From: the human T2T-CHM13v2.0 reference genome, Homo sapiens
DNA: 64,000 nucleotides
Direction: 5' to 3' (one strand)
Assembly: GCF_009914755.1 (NCBI RefSeq)
Contig: NC_060930.1
Positions within the stretch are counted from its first letter, which is position 1. The number at the start of each line of letters is the position of its first letter. The translations under genes and the position numbers were made by a program. Of this stretch, positions 1 to 16,265 are shown piece after piece. The notes under the pieces are model-generated. The model made no database searches, was not told where the DNA came from, and saw only the letters and a list, made by a program, of their open reading frames with translations.

Positions 1-37
1 TGCTGCCTAAAATAGCCCATTAGAAGAGGAGATGGGA

Positions 38-130
38 GACCAGGTGACATGGCTCACCAGCACTTTGGGAGGCTGAGATGGGAGGATCCCTTAGGCTAGG
101 AGTTTGAGGACCTTGTAAAAAAAGAAAAAT
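38..130 (+). mobile_element. Degenerate Alu monomer (FLAM-like)
   Basis: ccagcactttgggaggctgag...ggaggatccctt...ggagtttgag followed by an A tail. Confidence 0.7.
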
Positions 131-526
131 AAGAGGAGATAGGTATACTTTAGTCCAATATGTTGTATAAGCAATGCCAGAGCATGAGGAACAGCATATC
201 TTTATATTTATTTAGAGACAGTCCATTCTCATCTAAAAACCTAAGTGGCTATTGATTTTAACTGAACCAAGTAGAAATTGCCACAGGGTGAAAAATCCAG
301 AACTGGTTATAGACACCAGCTGTGCACCAGGAAGACATCTGTGTAAATCCTTCCTGCCACTGGGTTATGGTCTTCAGCAGCAAGTGGGATAGAGGCTGAG
401 TGACTTGTATGGTAAGACACAGCTGATGGTACAGGATGGAGCACAAGAAGGTCACATGGCTCAGAAGAGTGTCAAGAGAGTCAGAATACCAAGCACCCGC
501 CTCTCCTCTTAGAAGTTGTGTGGGTT

Positions 527-706
527 CCGGAGCCTGACGTGGGGTGGGAGGAGTGGGGAGGGATAGCATTAGGAGATATACCTAATGTAAATGATGAGTT
601 AATGGGTGCAGCACACTAACATGGCACATGTATACATATGTAACAAACCTGCGCCTTGTGCACATGTACCCTAGAACTTAAAGAATAATAACAAAAAATA
701 AAAAAA
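527..706 (+). mobile_element. 5'-truncated L1PA 3' end
   Basis: L1 3'UTR (gggatagcattaggagatatacctaatg...ctagaacttaaag), A tail, perfect 16-bp TSD AGAAGTTGTGTGGGTT at 511-526 and 707-722. Confidence 0.93.
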
Positions 707-3495
707 AGAAGTTGTGTGGGTTACAGTTCCCTGAGAGATTGGCAGGTCCAGCAGAAAGAAGTTCTTTGAGGGACAGGGGAGTTGGGGTCATGTATTGGGG
801 AGCTGTGTGCCCCAGGCCTGAGATGAGCGCAGAGGCAAGGACAGTCAACAGAGCGGTGGAGGGAGGGCAGGTAACTGTCACCATACCCACCTTCACAGCC
901 AGTTAGTTCATTCTGTTACTCTGAGATTTTTTGTTTTAGAATAAAATAAACTGTGTCTGGAAATAGATGACAGGCAGGATTAAAGCAGGCATTTATTAAT
1001 TAATAGCATGAACTTTAAATAAGTGATACACACACTTAGCTGTAGCCCAAACAGTGTGGTTTTTTTTTTTTTTTTAAATCACATGGCCAACAAACCTCGC
1101 CAATATATTTTTACAAGGCTGTTAAATACTGCCAACACTCTATGATGTTGAGCCAAATTATTCTGGAATATCGTGGTATATAGCACAACACCATGTTTTT
1201 GTGAAAGACTAGAGATACCAGGGGAGCAATCCACAAAGCTCATGAATGTCTCACTGTAAATGGAATGTCTCAGTGTGAGCCAGCCCCTTGGGGCTGAGGG
1301 TCTCACCTCCTTACCTTTGATGGCTTGTGGCGGTAGAGTTAGGCTCAGTGGGGCTTCTCATTTGGAGGCAGGGGAGCCAAAACCTGGGTCTGTCTTTTAA
1401 AACCCTGAGACTATATCTCATAACTAGAGTTGGGACTTTCACCTCAGTAAGTGCCAGTGATCTTTTCCAAGAGCCAATCTCAGAGCTGGTAGGAGCTCAG
1501 CTTGCAGGAGCCTGGAGCATATCTCCTCGACGTCATCAATCTCAAGCAGGCCCAGCATCCAGCTTTCACCAAATGCTCACTGCATCCAGGGCCAGGCTGG
1601 TCTGCCGCCTACCTTACTAGGTGCCATCCTGGCCAGCGCTGCTTGCCACCACTCCCAGTGGGACTTCCTTCCTGCCTTACTGCGGCCCCTCTTAATCCAG
1701 CCAGATTGCATAATTAGCAAACCGTGCTTCAGTCTGTATTTCAGTGCAAGGAGATGCAGAGGACTGGGAGTTTGGCAAAGATTTGAGTAGTAGACAAACC
1801 AGAGTACAGCTGAGAGGCTGTGGAGTGTGCAGACGATCCACATCTGGCTTTCTGCAGAGGTTCTCAAAGAGCTGGCATGATGCATGATCTCCCACGGTGC
1901 TAAGGGAGATAGCACATGGGTGCTGGCTGAAGACATTGAAATTTACTGGGGTACAGCAAACACACAAGTCATCAGCATCAGCATATAACACATGTCCTGG
2001 AGCAAAGAGTAAGTGTACCGTAACTATTTACTAAAAGAAAAAGGTAATTCCAATCATGGATAACATTGTGAAGGACAGAAAGAAGTATTTTTATACTGGG
2101 AAGTGTAGATCACTAGTTCTTTTCCCAGTAGCAACTCCCCTTCCTACCCCAATCTCTACCCTTTGAAGGGAGAGTCCTCTGGATATGTAATGGGGCTACA
2201 TTTACCTCTTGGATGTATCCCCTGCAGTTTTTCTGCCATTAAGATGAAGCCATGACAACTGAATAGGAAAGAAAGAGGACTTGACCTAAGAAAGGTCTTA
2301 CTGGATGGGACAAGGAAAGGAGAGTGCTCCTTTCTTTGTGGTTGGGCATGAACTTGAGAGGAGATGTAAGGTGGAGGCAAAGGTCAGCTCGAGCGCCTGG
2401 TGGCCGCCTGCAGTGGTTAGGTGAGGTGTTGGTGGCAGGGTAGGGTCTGCCTACTAGCGGTGGGCCCTGGAGCACATCCTTCTGTCCCTCTCCTCCTCCA
2501 CCCAACCCGGCCTTCTGTCATGAAGTGTTTCCCAGGCTGCTGTGGCTGGAACCTGCAAATGCAAAATAAAAGAACAAAAAACGGATGGTGCCAAAACAGT
2601 GTGGTCTGTGCTTGCCATCTGTGAGTTTTCAGAGTGATTTTGCTTCCAGCCTCCCCTCCAGAGGCGGCTGACATTACTTTCATATGCAGAGCTTCCGCTA
2701 GCCTGGAAGCCTTCTTTGGCTGCCAGAAATAGAGTATCCAGGTCCAGAAGCCTCCCCAGAGATCTGATCCACTCAGGAAGAACATTCTCTGTGGCTGTGA
2801 CTCAGTGGGATCTGGGCAGCCTTTGCTTCTGCTGATGCATTGAGTGTGTGCTGTGTGTCTGGGCAGCCTTGTGCATGATGGGAAGCTGAGAAGGCTGTGC
2901 AGCAGCTCTTTCATCATCAACATCAGCCCAGCACATGGAACCTTCAATGACCCCATATTTCTCCATGGGTCATTTCTTAATGAAGAATTCTAAGCCTTTC
3001 TCCTTTGCTTTCGACATCCTGCTCAGTCTGCCCCCATCCTGCTTATGTAAGTTGTTTTGCACTTGTCCTTAATATCCCTTCCTCTGTCTGGTTGCCCTAT
3101 TGGCCTCATTATTAAATTTCTCATCTTCCATAGAATCTTCCAGGTCTTCTGGCTCTCCTCCCTTCTGATTACCAGTGGCACTTACTATACAGTTGGCATT
3201 CATTGTGCACCTTCTCACAAAGCTCACCCTTGTCTTTTGTCAGTCTTTTCTCCCCCCCAGCTCATTTAAAACACATTGAGGTCAGGGTTATGATCTAATT
3301 CTTCTCCCCAGGCCCCATTTTGGTAAACACAGACAAGAGTGGAGCTTTCCTTGGAGTTCAGGAATTCCTAGGCAGGAGATCCAGTGATTTTCAGCTATGA
3401 CCTCCTGTGGAACAGAGAGGGACAAGCCAGCTAGTTCTTAGAAGAGGAAGAGGAATGAGGCAGTTGCTGCCTGACAGGGAGGAAAATTCCTCCTC

Positions 3496-3666
3496 AATCC
3501 TTGGTTATTCTCAACTAATCACAAAGATACCGGAAAGCTATACCTATTATTTGGTGCATGAGCAGGAATAGTAGGCACCGCCTTGAGCCTCCTAATTCGA
3601 GCAGAGCTGGGCCAACCAGGAACTCTACAATGGGATGACCAGATTTATGATGTTAATGTTGCAACT
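3496..3666 (+). pseudogene. NUMT: fragment of mitochondrial COX1 (codons ~4-60)
   Basis: In the vertebrate mitochondrial code it reads [22 protein letters not shown](TGA)AGM(ATA)[32 protein letters not shown], with no indels relative to COX1. Confidence 0.93.
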
Positions 3667-4679
3667 CCTTCCTTTACATACAAGCAGAACAGGCTTCAGG
3701 ATGGCCAAGAGGGGGTCTGTTCCTTCCTGCTGTTCTGTTCCTCAGCTTCACTTCTCCCTCAAGGCATTGTGACCTAAAGTCGGGCCTGGAGAAGAAACCC
3801 TAGCCTCAGTTCCTACTGGGAGGAAATCCACACCACTTCACCATGCTGGGCCCATCCTTGGGTGGGGAGGGTCTGTGGGAAGGAGAGAGGCATTTGCCAC
3901 AAGAAATTGCGCATTTGGCAGTCTGGCTGCCGTAGGCTCCCATCCAAGCATCTCTTCTGCAGTAGGAAGACGACTCTTCTCCCTCTTGGTTTCCTCTCAT
4001 TGGTCATAAGGGAGAAGTGGGAGAAACCACAGCCAGAATGGCTGCAACTCTCTCCCTCTACCCTAAGGAAGGTGGAAAGGGAAGCCCCCAGGTCCCCTGG
4101 AGTGAACATTCTGCTTCAAGGAAGACCTGCTACCTGCCTTCTGTCCCCTCTCTCATATGCCCTCCTTGTTTTTAAGAACCTGCGGTCCATACCCACTTCC
4201 CTCCTCCAAGAAGTACATGAGATGCTCTTTATTGTGCCCAGTGGCAACAACCAGGAGGGCCCACAGTGACAGTCACTGGGCGGCAAGATAAGACCCCACC
4301 CCACAGTTTAGGGCCCAGGCAAGCATGGGGGTGTTGGGGGAGAGAAGAGACAAGGGAGGGAAGGAGAAGCCCCTTGTGAACAAATGTTCCTCTATCTCAG
4401 ATTCTCCCCATTGATGTTGAGTCTCTGGAGATTGTACAACCCCTACCCATTGCCAGGGGACTGAGGGAGCCTCGAGCTTGGATGCTGGCTGGAGGTGGGA
4501 GTCTAGGGCAGGGAAAACCTTCATATTTGTTGAAAAAAACTTTAAATATCTTATTTAAAAATTTGTGCACTCCACTACTCTGTTGTAGAGCACAGCTCCC
4601 ATTTCCCAGCCCTAATTTTGGGCTAATTTGTACGAATTATGTCATCTGGGGCAAAAGAGGGAGAAGAAAAACCACGGAT

Positions 4680-4812
4680 GTTTATGGACACTCCACTGTG
4701 TGCTATGCCAAGCCCTTCACACCTGTTATCACCTTCTCCCAGCCCCTTGCAGAGATATTTTTCTATACATTGTATCAATGAGGAAGCGAGGGCAAGAGGA
4801 GGTGAGTTACTG
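4680..4812 (-). mobile_element. MIR fragment
   Basis: MIR core-like ...aatgaggaagcgagggcaagaggaggtgagttact. Confidence 0.5.
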
Positions 4813-4889
4813 CTGACAATGATCTTCACATCACCCTCCTGTAACTCTCTCCTATCATTTATGCCCTCGTCCACTCCAGTGCTGCTCAC

Positions 4890-5340
4890 AGTGTCCTCAC
4901 TGTTCCTTGACCTTCCATGCTTCCTTTCACTGTAAGTCCTTTGCTATAGCCAGTGTCCCTGCTTGCAGCACTCTTCCCCTGGGAATCCCAAATAACTGCT
5001 TGGCCAATTCTTCATAGCTTTCATGCCTTTGCTCAAATCTCCTGTTCTCTACAAGGTCCATTCTGACTACTGGATCTTAATACTACAACATGTGCCACAT
5101 CCACACTCCACATCCCTGAGCCTCCAGTCATCTTACTCTGTTCCACTTTTAAACTTTGCAATAGTTCCTATCATCTCCTAACTCTTATACAATTGACTTA
5201 CTTATGAAATGTATTGTCTTCTGCTAGAACGTAAGCTGCATAAGAGCAGGGAACTTGGCCTTTCTTGTCCACTGATGTGTTGCCAAGCACTTGGAATGGT
5301 GACAGGCATATGGTAGGCATTCAGTCCATAGCTGATGACT
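4890..5340 (+). mobile_element. L2 3' region
   Basis: ctagaacgtaagctgcataagagcagggaac...ggcatatggtaggcattcag, a typical L2 3' end. Confidence 0.6.
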
Positions 5341-5962
5341 CAATTTTTATGAAAGGTCACCCTAGCCTTGATCTAGTAAGAGGCAGAGCTGGACTCAACT
5401 CAAAAGCTGGTCATCTTGCCTTCCCACCAAAGAACCCATGGCCTGTCCAGGTAGAGAGCATATTGTTGGTTGCTCAAGAGATGCCCGTTTGTTAGATTTC
5501 ACCATTAGACTGCTCCTTCCTAGCAGAGATGCCAGACTGGTGTCTGTGAACATAGGACCTTGCCTTGTCTTTCCTGAGTGACAGGTTTTCCCATGGGCCC
5601 ACCTGCTGCTGGCATCCTGCTGTTTCAATGAGGTGGCACACTCCTGGTCATAGGGCACCAACCTCTATGGTCCTTGGGAGTGTCTCCAAAACAGCACAAG
5701 CTGTTGAGTCCATGCTGGATGCTTAAGACACATGCTTGAGATTTCTCCAAGTCAGACACCTGTCAAATCCAGGGTTGGCTCTCAGCCTCTGCTTAAAGGA
5801 TTTGCTTTCTAGGAAATGATGGAAGGAAACAGCTGGGGCTTGTCAGATGTCAGCTGGAGGTGCCGGGCCAGGACAGAGCCTGAGAGGGTGTGAGGAGAAG
5901 CCAGTGGAGCAGGAAATCATGGATTACCAGGGTGGCTGCTTTCTGGGCAGGAATGCAGTTGA

Positions 5963-6311
<349 letters not shown>

Positions 6312-7479
6312 TCTGTTTTGTTTTTAATTAGGATTTGGGATGGAGGTGTTTACTGTAAAGAAACTCCATACCATGAGGGCACACTTGGACCAACTGGTGG
6401 GGTCCACCAGCTTTAGATTACAGATATGTAGCTGTTTATCTCTACCTCAGTTTCCTCAGTATAGATCCTCTTCTGAACTCCCATTCATCTGCTCTTTTTT
6501 ACCTATTACGCATGTGGTTCTGGTTTCTGTTTTGTTTTTCATGTTTTTGTTCCTGTTATTGGCTGACCTTGTTTATGCTGGCATTAAGGGCAATTTTCAT
6601 TGTAACCTCAATAGCTTGGTAATAAAAAGTTACATATTGTATGGATGCTGGGAGGAAGGGAACATTCATATTTATTCTCATACTCATTGGCTCACTATTA
6701 ATGTTTCTACAATAGCCCAGGAATTAATGTTTTAATGAAAACTCCAACTGCTCAGGAATACCATCCTGGCACATATTAACCCAGTCAATGAGCAGCCAGT
6801 TAGACTGGTATTTGGTCAACAACAAGCATTTCTTTCTCACAAAGAGAGTAATGGGATTCATTTAGCATTTCCTAGCTTGTGGTATCTATTTCAACATAAA
6901 TCTCTATATGGAGATCGATTGCATATATAACTATAAAGCAGAGTATTTGGGGGAATAGTATGATGAAGAAAATCAGAACACAAGCACAAATCAGGCCTTG
7001 GCTGACGGCATGCAGGAAGCCAATGCGTATTCTTGGGAACAGCACTTAGAAAATGGACTTAATGAAAATAAATCACTTATATATAATTTCCCACCACAAG
7101 AAGTTGATATCTGCAAATATCTCAGTACTTGGAAAGAACATGGCATTCCTTTTGTTAATTTTGGATGATTTTCTTAGTTTTGCTCCCAAAGGAGATACAT
7201 TTTCTCTTTATTAGCTGCTTTGTAATGAAAGATTTCAAAGCATGTCTCAGGATGCGGATTGTCACTTTTTGATCACTTAACAAATAAATGAAACAAATCT
7301 TTTAAAGAGCACCCGAGTGGCTTTGAGACAATATTCTCAACTCCCCAGAGTGCAGTGTTTAGCAGTATGCAGTTTGTCCGCGGCCCCTTGACAAGCCCAC
7401 CTACTCTAGCAGAAATATACTGGGTATCGCACAGAAGCAACTTCCTTTTCCACATGTGCATCTCTTCTTTCGTATTTCT

Positions 7480-7822
<343 letters not shown>

Positions 7823-8000
7823 CTAAATAAATAAAAAACCACGTTTACTGTCTGTTATCCGGGAGCATGGAAGACAAAGTGAGCAATTTTAGCAGAATTC
7901 TACAGATCCAAGTAGATCTGTGCAACAAACCTGCATTTGGGGGGCTCCTGGTTAATGGAACCATCTGTATTTAATTGCTTACTGTAGCATCTCTCTGAAA

Positions 8001-8148
8001 CAGTGGTTTCCAATCTTTCTCAGGTCACAGGCTCTCCTCCTCCTCTTTTGAGAATCTGATTAAACTTTTGTATCTTCATTCCTGAAAAATACACATATAC
8101 GCACACCCCCTGAGACCCCAGTCATGGGCCCCTGGGTCAATAATCACT
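8001..8148. mobile_element. hAT-Charlie-type MER MITE
   Basis: Ends cagtggtttccaa...tcaataatcact resemble TIRs; internal ttttgagaatctgat...gaaaaatacacat. Confidence 0.5.
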
Positions 8149-9574
8149 CATCTGACACCATGCCAAAAATTTGTTGTGTTTATATGTTCTTTGGTGTGCA
8201 CTCTAGAAATGTACCAGAATTGTGCTGTTTATATTAAAACATGTGCACATACTACCTACATATGTGAATGACATTTTCTCTACTGAATGATTACATGAAA
8301 TAATGTGTATGAAGATATATCCTAAAAAGTCAAATGTGAGAATGTCAACATTGTTCTTCTTATTTGCACTGGCCATTTAAACATTCAACACTAAAGCTGC
8401 TGGGTGACGTTGCAGCTGGTAAGTTATGGAAACTGCTCTTAAATATGATCTTTCCATTCTCATAATCCAAAATGCTTTTTTATTCTTGTTTCATTTGAAT
8501 GATTTATTTAAAAAAATCACAGCCTTCCTACTCTTCAGGCTTTACAGAACCGATATTTTTTGGGTGCATACTATGTGTAAGGCCCTTTGCATTCTGTGAA
8601 AAACAACAAAACAACACTTCTCTGTAGTATTCTGTCAAGCCTGCACATATCTGTAATTCCAAAAAAGGTCTTGCCAAAAGCAGTTGAATTCCGACCTGAA
8701 TTAGCAATTTTATTAATTACATTTCAAGCAAGCCAATTACTTGTTTGTTTAATGGATTTCTTATTATGAATTGATTATAGACCATTAATGTTCGTTAACA
8801 CACCAAACTAGATTTCATGTCCCCTGCACCATATACTGGTGCATATACTCTTCTCTCTGAGAGAAGAGTAGGAAGAGAGACAATGTTTATTTTCCGTTTT
8901 GAAAAGTAGCATCTTAGCTCAGTAGAATCAAGTTTGAATTCGTGTATTCATGCAAACTCTAGGGGCTTCAATAAAAAAAGACCTCTGGCCAGCCAGTATA
9001 CACACATTTGTTGAATACCTGAAAGAATGGATGCCGTCTATTGATATGGATTGTACCCAGTAGGAAAAAGGACAAAAGTTATATTCATAGTCATTTATTA
9101 GATACTTATTATGAACTATGAGCTAAAGTCAAAGATGAATAGGTGTAAGTACGATATTTTTCTATAAAAGGGAAACCATAACTTACATACTGTTTTCTAG
9201 CCAATCAACTTTAGACTTTGAAGTTTTTCCAATTTGTCTCCTGAACATGTGTTTCAAACAATCTTCTAAATTGGATATTTTGGTTGTTTCATCTTTTACC
9301 TATTACAAACAACAGAGTAGCAACGACTAGCTGAAAATACATGAGGAACAAATGAGAAAAATGCCCAATCCCATTTCTTAAAAAGTGACAAAAAATGTTT
9401 AAATTCTGGACACATAAAGTGTTGAAAAACAGCCCCATTGTACAACAGAATTATAACAGTTGGCAAAACGGACTGGGATATTAATTTTTGACCAATTTTT
9501 GGTACTGACTGATTTATATTTGTTCAATTTATAAAGTTAAATTGCTTTTGACAAGTTGTTTTTGTCTAAATTAC

Positions 9575-9735
9575 TAGTAGAGAGAGATAGACTGGCAACA
9601 AATAATTGTAATATAATGTAATAAGTACATCCATTAAGGCTTATAGAAGACACTAACAGAACAAAAAGGAAGGAGACAGGGAAAGCTTCAGAGGTGACAT
9701 TTGAACTGGGCTTGAAAGAGTAGGTATTGCCATCT
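9575..9735 (-). mobile_element. L2 fragment
   Basis: cagggaaagcttcagaggtgacatttgaactgggcttgaaag. Confidence 0.5.
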
Positions 9736-10499
9736 AAGCTCAGTGAGAAATTCAGAACAAGATGTTCCAAAATGTCCTTTCTCTAAGTAATTCTTTTAAA
9801 AAAAATCACAGGGCTCCAGGCTGATGAGTACTGTGCTATTAAACTAATAGAGTCAGTGTCTTAAAAATAATCTAAGTTCTGTCTCTTACATGATCATTTA
9901 GCTTTCATCATTTTTATGCTCCACTTGGTAGAATATAAAACGAGGCTGGTATATTTGGGTTGGCAGATGAAGGCTTAGGAAAGTGTTACTGTCAGTTATA
10001 TGAAAATTTGGAGTTAGGATCAGTTGTGATCCAAAGCAGGGTGGGCAAAGTTTAATCACTGACATTTAAAATGATAATTTTGATGGCCATGCCTTCTACA
10101 GGCTTTATTTTAGGCTTATCTGTCTTTCTAGTCTCTGAGAACAAGTCCTTCATGAACTCAGAGATTTTCTTCTCTGAAATCTATTCTTCAGTGGAAACCA
10201 CTTATTAAATATCATTTTTGAACTTTCATGGGTGTGCCATTTGTAGCTTCTCACCAGCAAGTTCAGTACTGAAATATGAAGGAGCTCATAAAGGCTCAAA
10301 AAATACATCCAATATTTTTGCTGTGTAGGGTCAGGGAGGATACAGAGATCACAATCAAGGCTCTAAACCTGTCAATGTCTAGTCGCTGGTTTCTTCATTT
10401 CAATGAAGACCGCTCAAGCTAAGCAGAGGCTCCAAATGGTGAATCGTGACTAGGCTATAGTCACTTTTGCCAGTCATTTAACTGTTTTCTCTCATCTCT

Positions 10500-11010
10500 A
10501 TTTCCCAAACTTCCTCAGGTTGGCCCTGCATCTCAGGGAACTCTATTTTTCAGACTTCCTTGTCCTGTTTTCTTGATAGTCTTGACCAATGGGAGGCACT
10601 GGCAAAAGATTGGAAGGAAGGGGACCCCAGGATATGTCTTCTGTTCACTGTGCTTCTAGTGATGTCTCTGGCAATTGCTACATCTCCTTCATATTGTGCC
10701 TCCTATTGGACTACTGCTTCTCTCTGTCATCTCACTTTCTGCTGGGAAGCCCTCCATTGCATATCTATTAATAGTTCATGCTCTGCTTCCTATTTCTGGT
10801 CTGTGGTGACATCACCTCCACATTGTGTCTTTCCATCTCCTACCCCAGATAGAAGCATCCTGCTGTTGTTAATTTCAGTATTGTCATCAGAATTCATCAT
10901 CCTTTGTGAGGCTTCTCAGCTCTCTCATCACAGGTATAACCAATTCCCTGTGTTAAATTTCTTCTTTTTGAGATAGAGTATTTTCTGTTTTCCTGGCTGA
11001 TAACACCACT
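10500..11010 (+). mobile_element. ERVL LTR (LTR16/LTR33-like)
   Basis: gaccaatgggaggcactggc...aaccaattccctgtgttaaatt...ttttctgttttcctggctg. Confidence 0.55.
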
Positions 11011-11050
11011 TGTAATGTCAAAGATAATGATTATGAAAGAACATGGGAGG

Positions 11051-14155
<3,105 letters not shown>

Positions 14156-15463
14156 AAAGAACACGGGAGGGATCCTCACCTTAATCTCTTCACTATATGC
14201 TGCCTGCTTCTCAGGGTTCTATCTAGGTATATTGGTATATTCTTAACCATCAGAGTCACAGAAAAAGGAAGGGGGTTTTTCTGACCCCATTTGAGATGTG
14301 GGGTCCATCAATAGTTTAGCCAGTGGTCTCAAGGGAGTTTCTCCTGTGTACCGGGGGAGTCACCAAGTGACCTCTGCCCAGTGGAGTATTAATTCTTGGA
14401 TATCTACTTGGAATTACTTGGAGTAGTAATTCTTGGAGTAGTAGTTCTTGAATATCCATCTCAGGAGGAGAAATACAATTTCATTGCCAAGTGGATTATT
14501 TTCCTACTTCCAACTTTTTATAGAAATATTGCAGGCAAAAATGTAACATATATTTGTAGGATGGGAGAGGAGTAGCAATGTCTCATTTTTCCCTTTACAC
14601 CTTTTACCCTAATGTAGAATAAAACATTTATTTTAGAGAGTATTTAAGATTCGTTTTAAGCAGAATATCCTCTACAGTTAATCAATAGATAAAGAATCTT
14701 TAGAAGTCTTTGCCTGGACGTGCTGAAACTTCTATTTAAAGAATGAGCTGTGTACGTGAGCCAAGAATGCTTTTTTGGTTTGGCAGTCTTTATCTAATCT
14801 TTGGGAGAGGTTAAAAGCGCAGATACACAATGTGGAAATTTTGAAACTTCCCCTTAATGCAATCATCATTGTTTGAAGAGGACCAAAAAGAAGAAAGCAA
14901 TCTATCGTATATTTTTTAAAGCAGCAAAATAAATTCAAGAGCTTGTTAAAATTCTTTTTAATTGTGGCTTTGACATACTATATGGTTTTTTTTAAATCTA
15001 GTGTTTAAAGAAATCCTGTATATTGGTTTATAATGGTGACAAAAGTCACTTTCAGATTTTCAGGGACTGATTAATCTCTCTGAGATCCTTTGTTTTTCTC
15101 CCTCTCTGTTCTTTGATCATTTATGTCAGCACCTCCTCTGGAGGTAGAGATAAGAAGATAAGGTGGATGATGGCGAAATCGTAATCAATCATTTCGTTTC
15201 TGTTAGAATGGTTGAAGAAAAGTCAGCTTGGAACAACAAAGTGAACTTATTTGAAAAAAATGTAGCAATACAATTATTAATGGATTTGCTTTAGCCCTAG
15301 AATCCTTGGTCCTATTACTAGAGAGGATTACAGAAAGGTTGCAGTCACTACAGAGAAGTTCTTTATTATTTACATCACTCACAGTGCTCTTCAAGTGTTC
15401 CATTGAACAGAAGAAGCCAGCCCTGGATGTGTGGGCATGCCAATTTAGGCATCGATAATGGCT

Positions 15464-15493
15464 CAAACAAACAAACAAACAAACAAACAAAAA
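15464..15493 (+). repeat. (AAAC)n microsatellite
   Basis: About 7 units read directly. Confidence 0.9.
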
Positions 15494-16144
15494 CATCCCC
15501 TGACTCCCCTACCCTCAAACCAAAAACAAACAAGACAAACTCTAGCGGAATTGAGAATATCTGATATGTCTGTTGATCTCAAGGATAGTGAATAGTTCAC
15601 AAGCAATGACAAGGAAAGAATATAGCTTGGACTCTTGTGGGTTTTCCCTAAGACAGTTGGTATATTTTGAACATACTAAAATATGAGAAAACCATCCTAC
15701 TTTTGGTAAGTTTGTTTTGAAATTGTAGTGATGCAATTTTTCTAATGGCAGCTTATACTTAGGTGTCTCACAGTTAAGGTAAACACCAGATTTTTCACTA
15801 AAAATAGAATCTGTATTCAACTTTGTAGATAGAAGTATCACTTTGAGTTAGTAGGGCTTAGCAGGGCTGTGTTCTGTTGCAGGCAAACTTAAGATGAAAA
15901 TCGTGGATGTTTTTGAACAGGAGTTTGAGACTCACTTTTTCTTCATTTCTTAACAATTTGTTCACTCTTCACCAAATGTTCACTGAGTGCCTCCTATGTG
16001 AAGAATGGAAGGGTAAACTTGGGTTGAAAACAAATGTGTTCCAGATGCTATATCAAATCCAGTATTTATATTAGCAAATAAGCCATGATGCCCTCCTTTT
16101 TAAATTTTAAAAATTCTATTTTTTGCATACTTGCCTTTTTTCCT

Positions 16145-16265
16145 AGTCAAGACTTGCAAGAAGCAAGTCTAATTTGCTTACTGCTAAATTCCCCAGGACC
16201 TATGACAGTATCTGAAATATTCTGGTTACTTAAGAAATATTTGTGGAATGAATGAATGAATGAAA
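16145..16265 (+). mobile_element. L2 3' end with (GAAT)n tail
   Basis: aaatatttgtggaatgaatgaatgaatgaa. Confidence 0.65.

Noticed and set aside
1059-1320. polyT followed by unique sequence, a possible processed pseudogene
   Set aside because: No poly(A) signal at the expected distance, no TSD and no recognisable parent gene
2388-2410. CTCF-like GGCCACCAGGCGC; also GGCCACCAGAGGAC near 42626-42642
   Set aside because: Mismatches in the core GGC; cannot be called without PWM or ChIP data
2417-2956. 179-aa ATG ORF on the minus strand
   Set aside because: No recognisable domain or exon structure; its length is plausible by chance in GC-richer DNA
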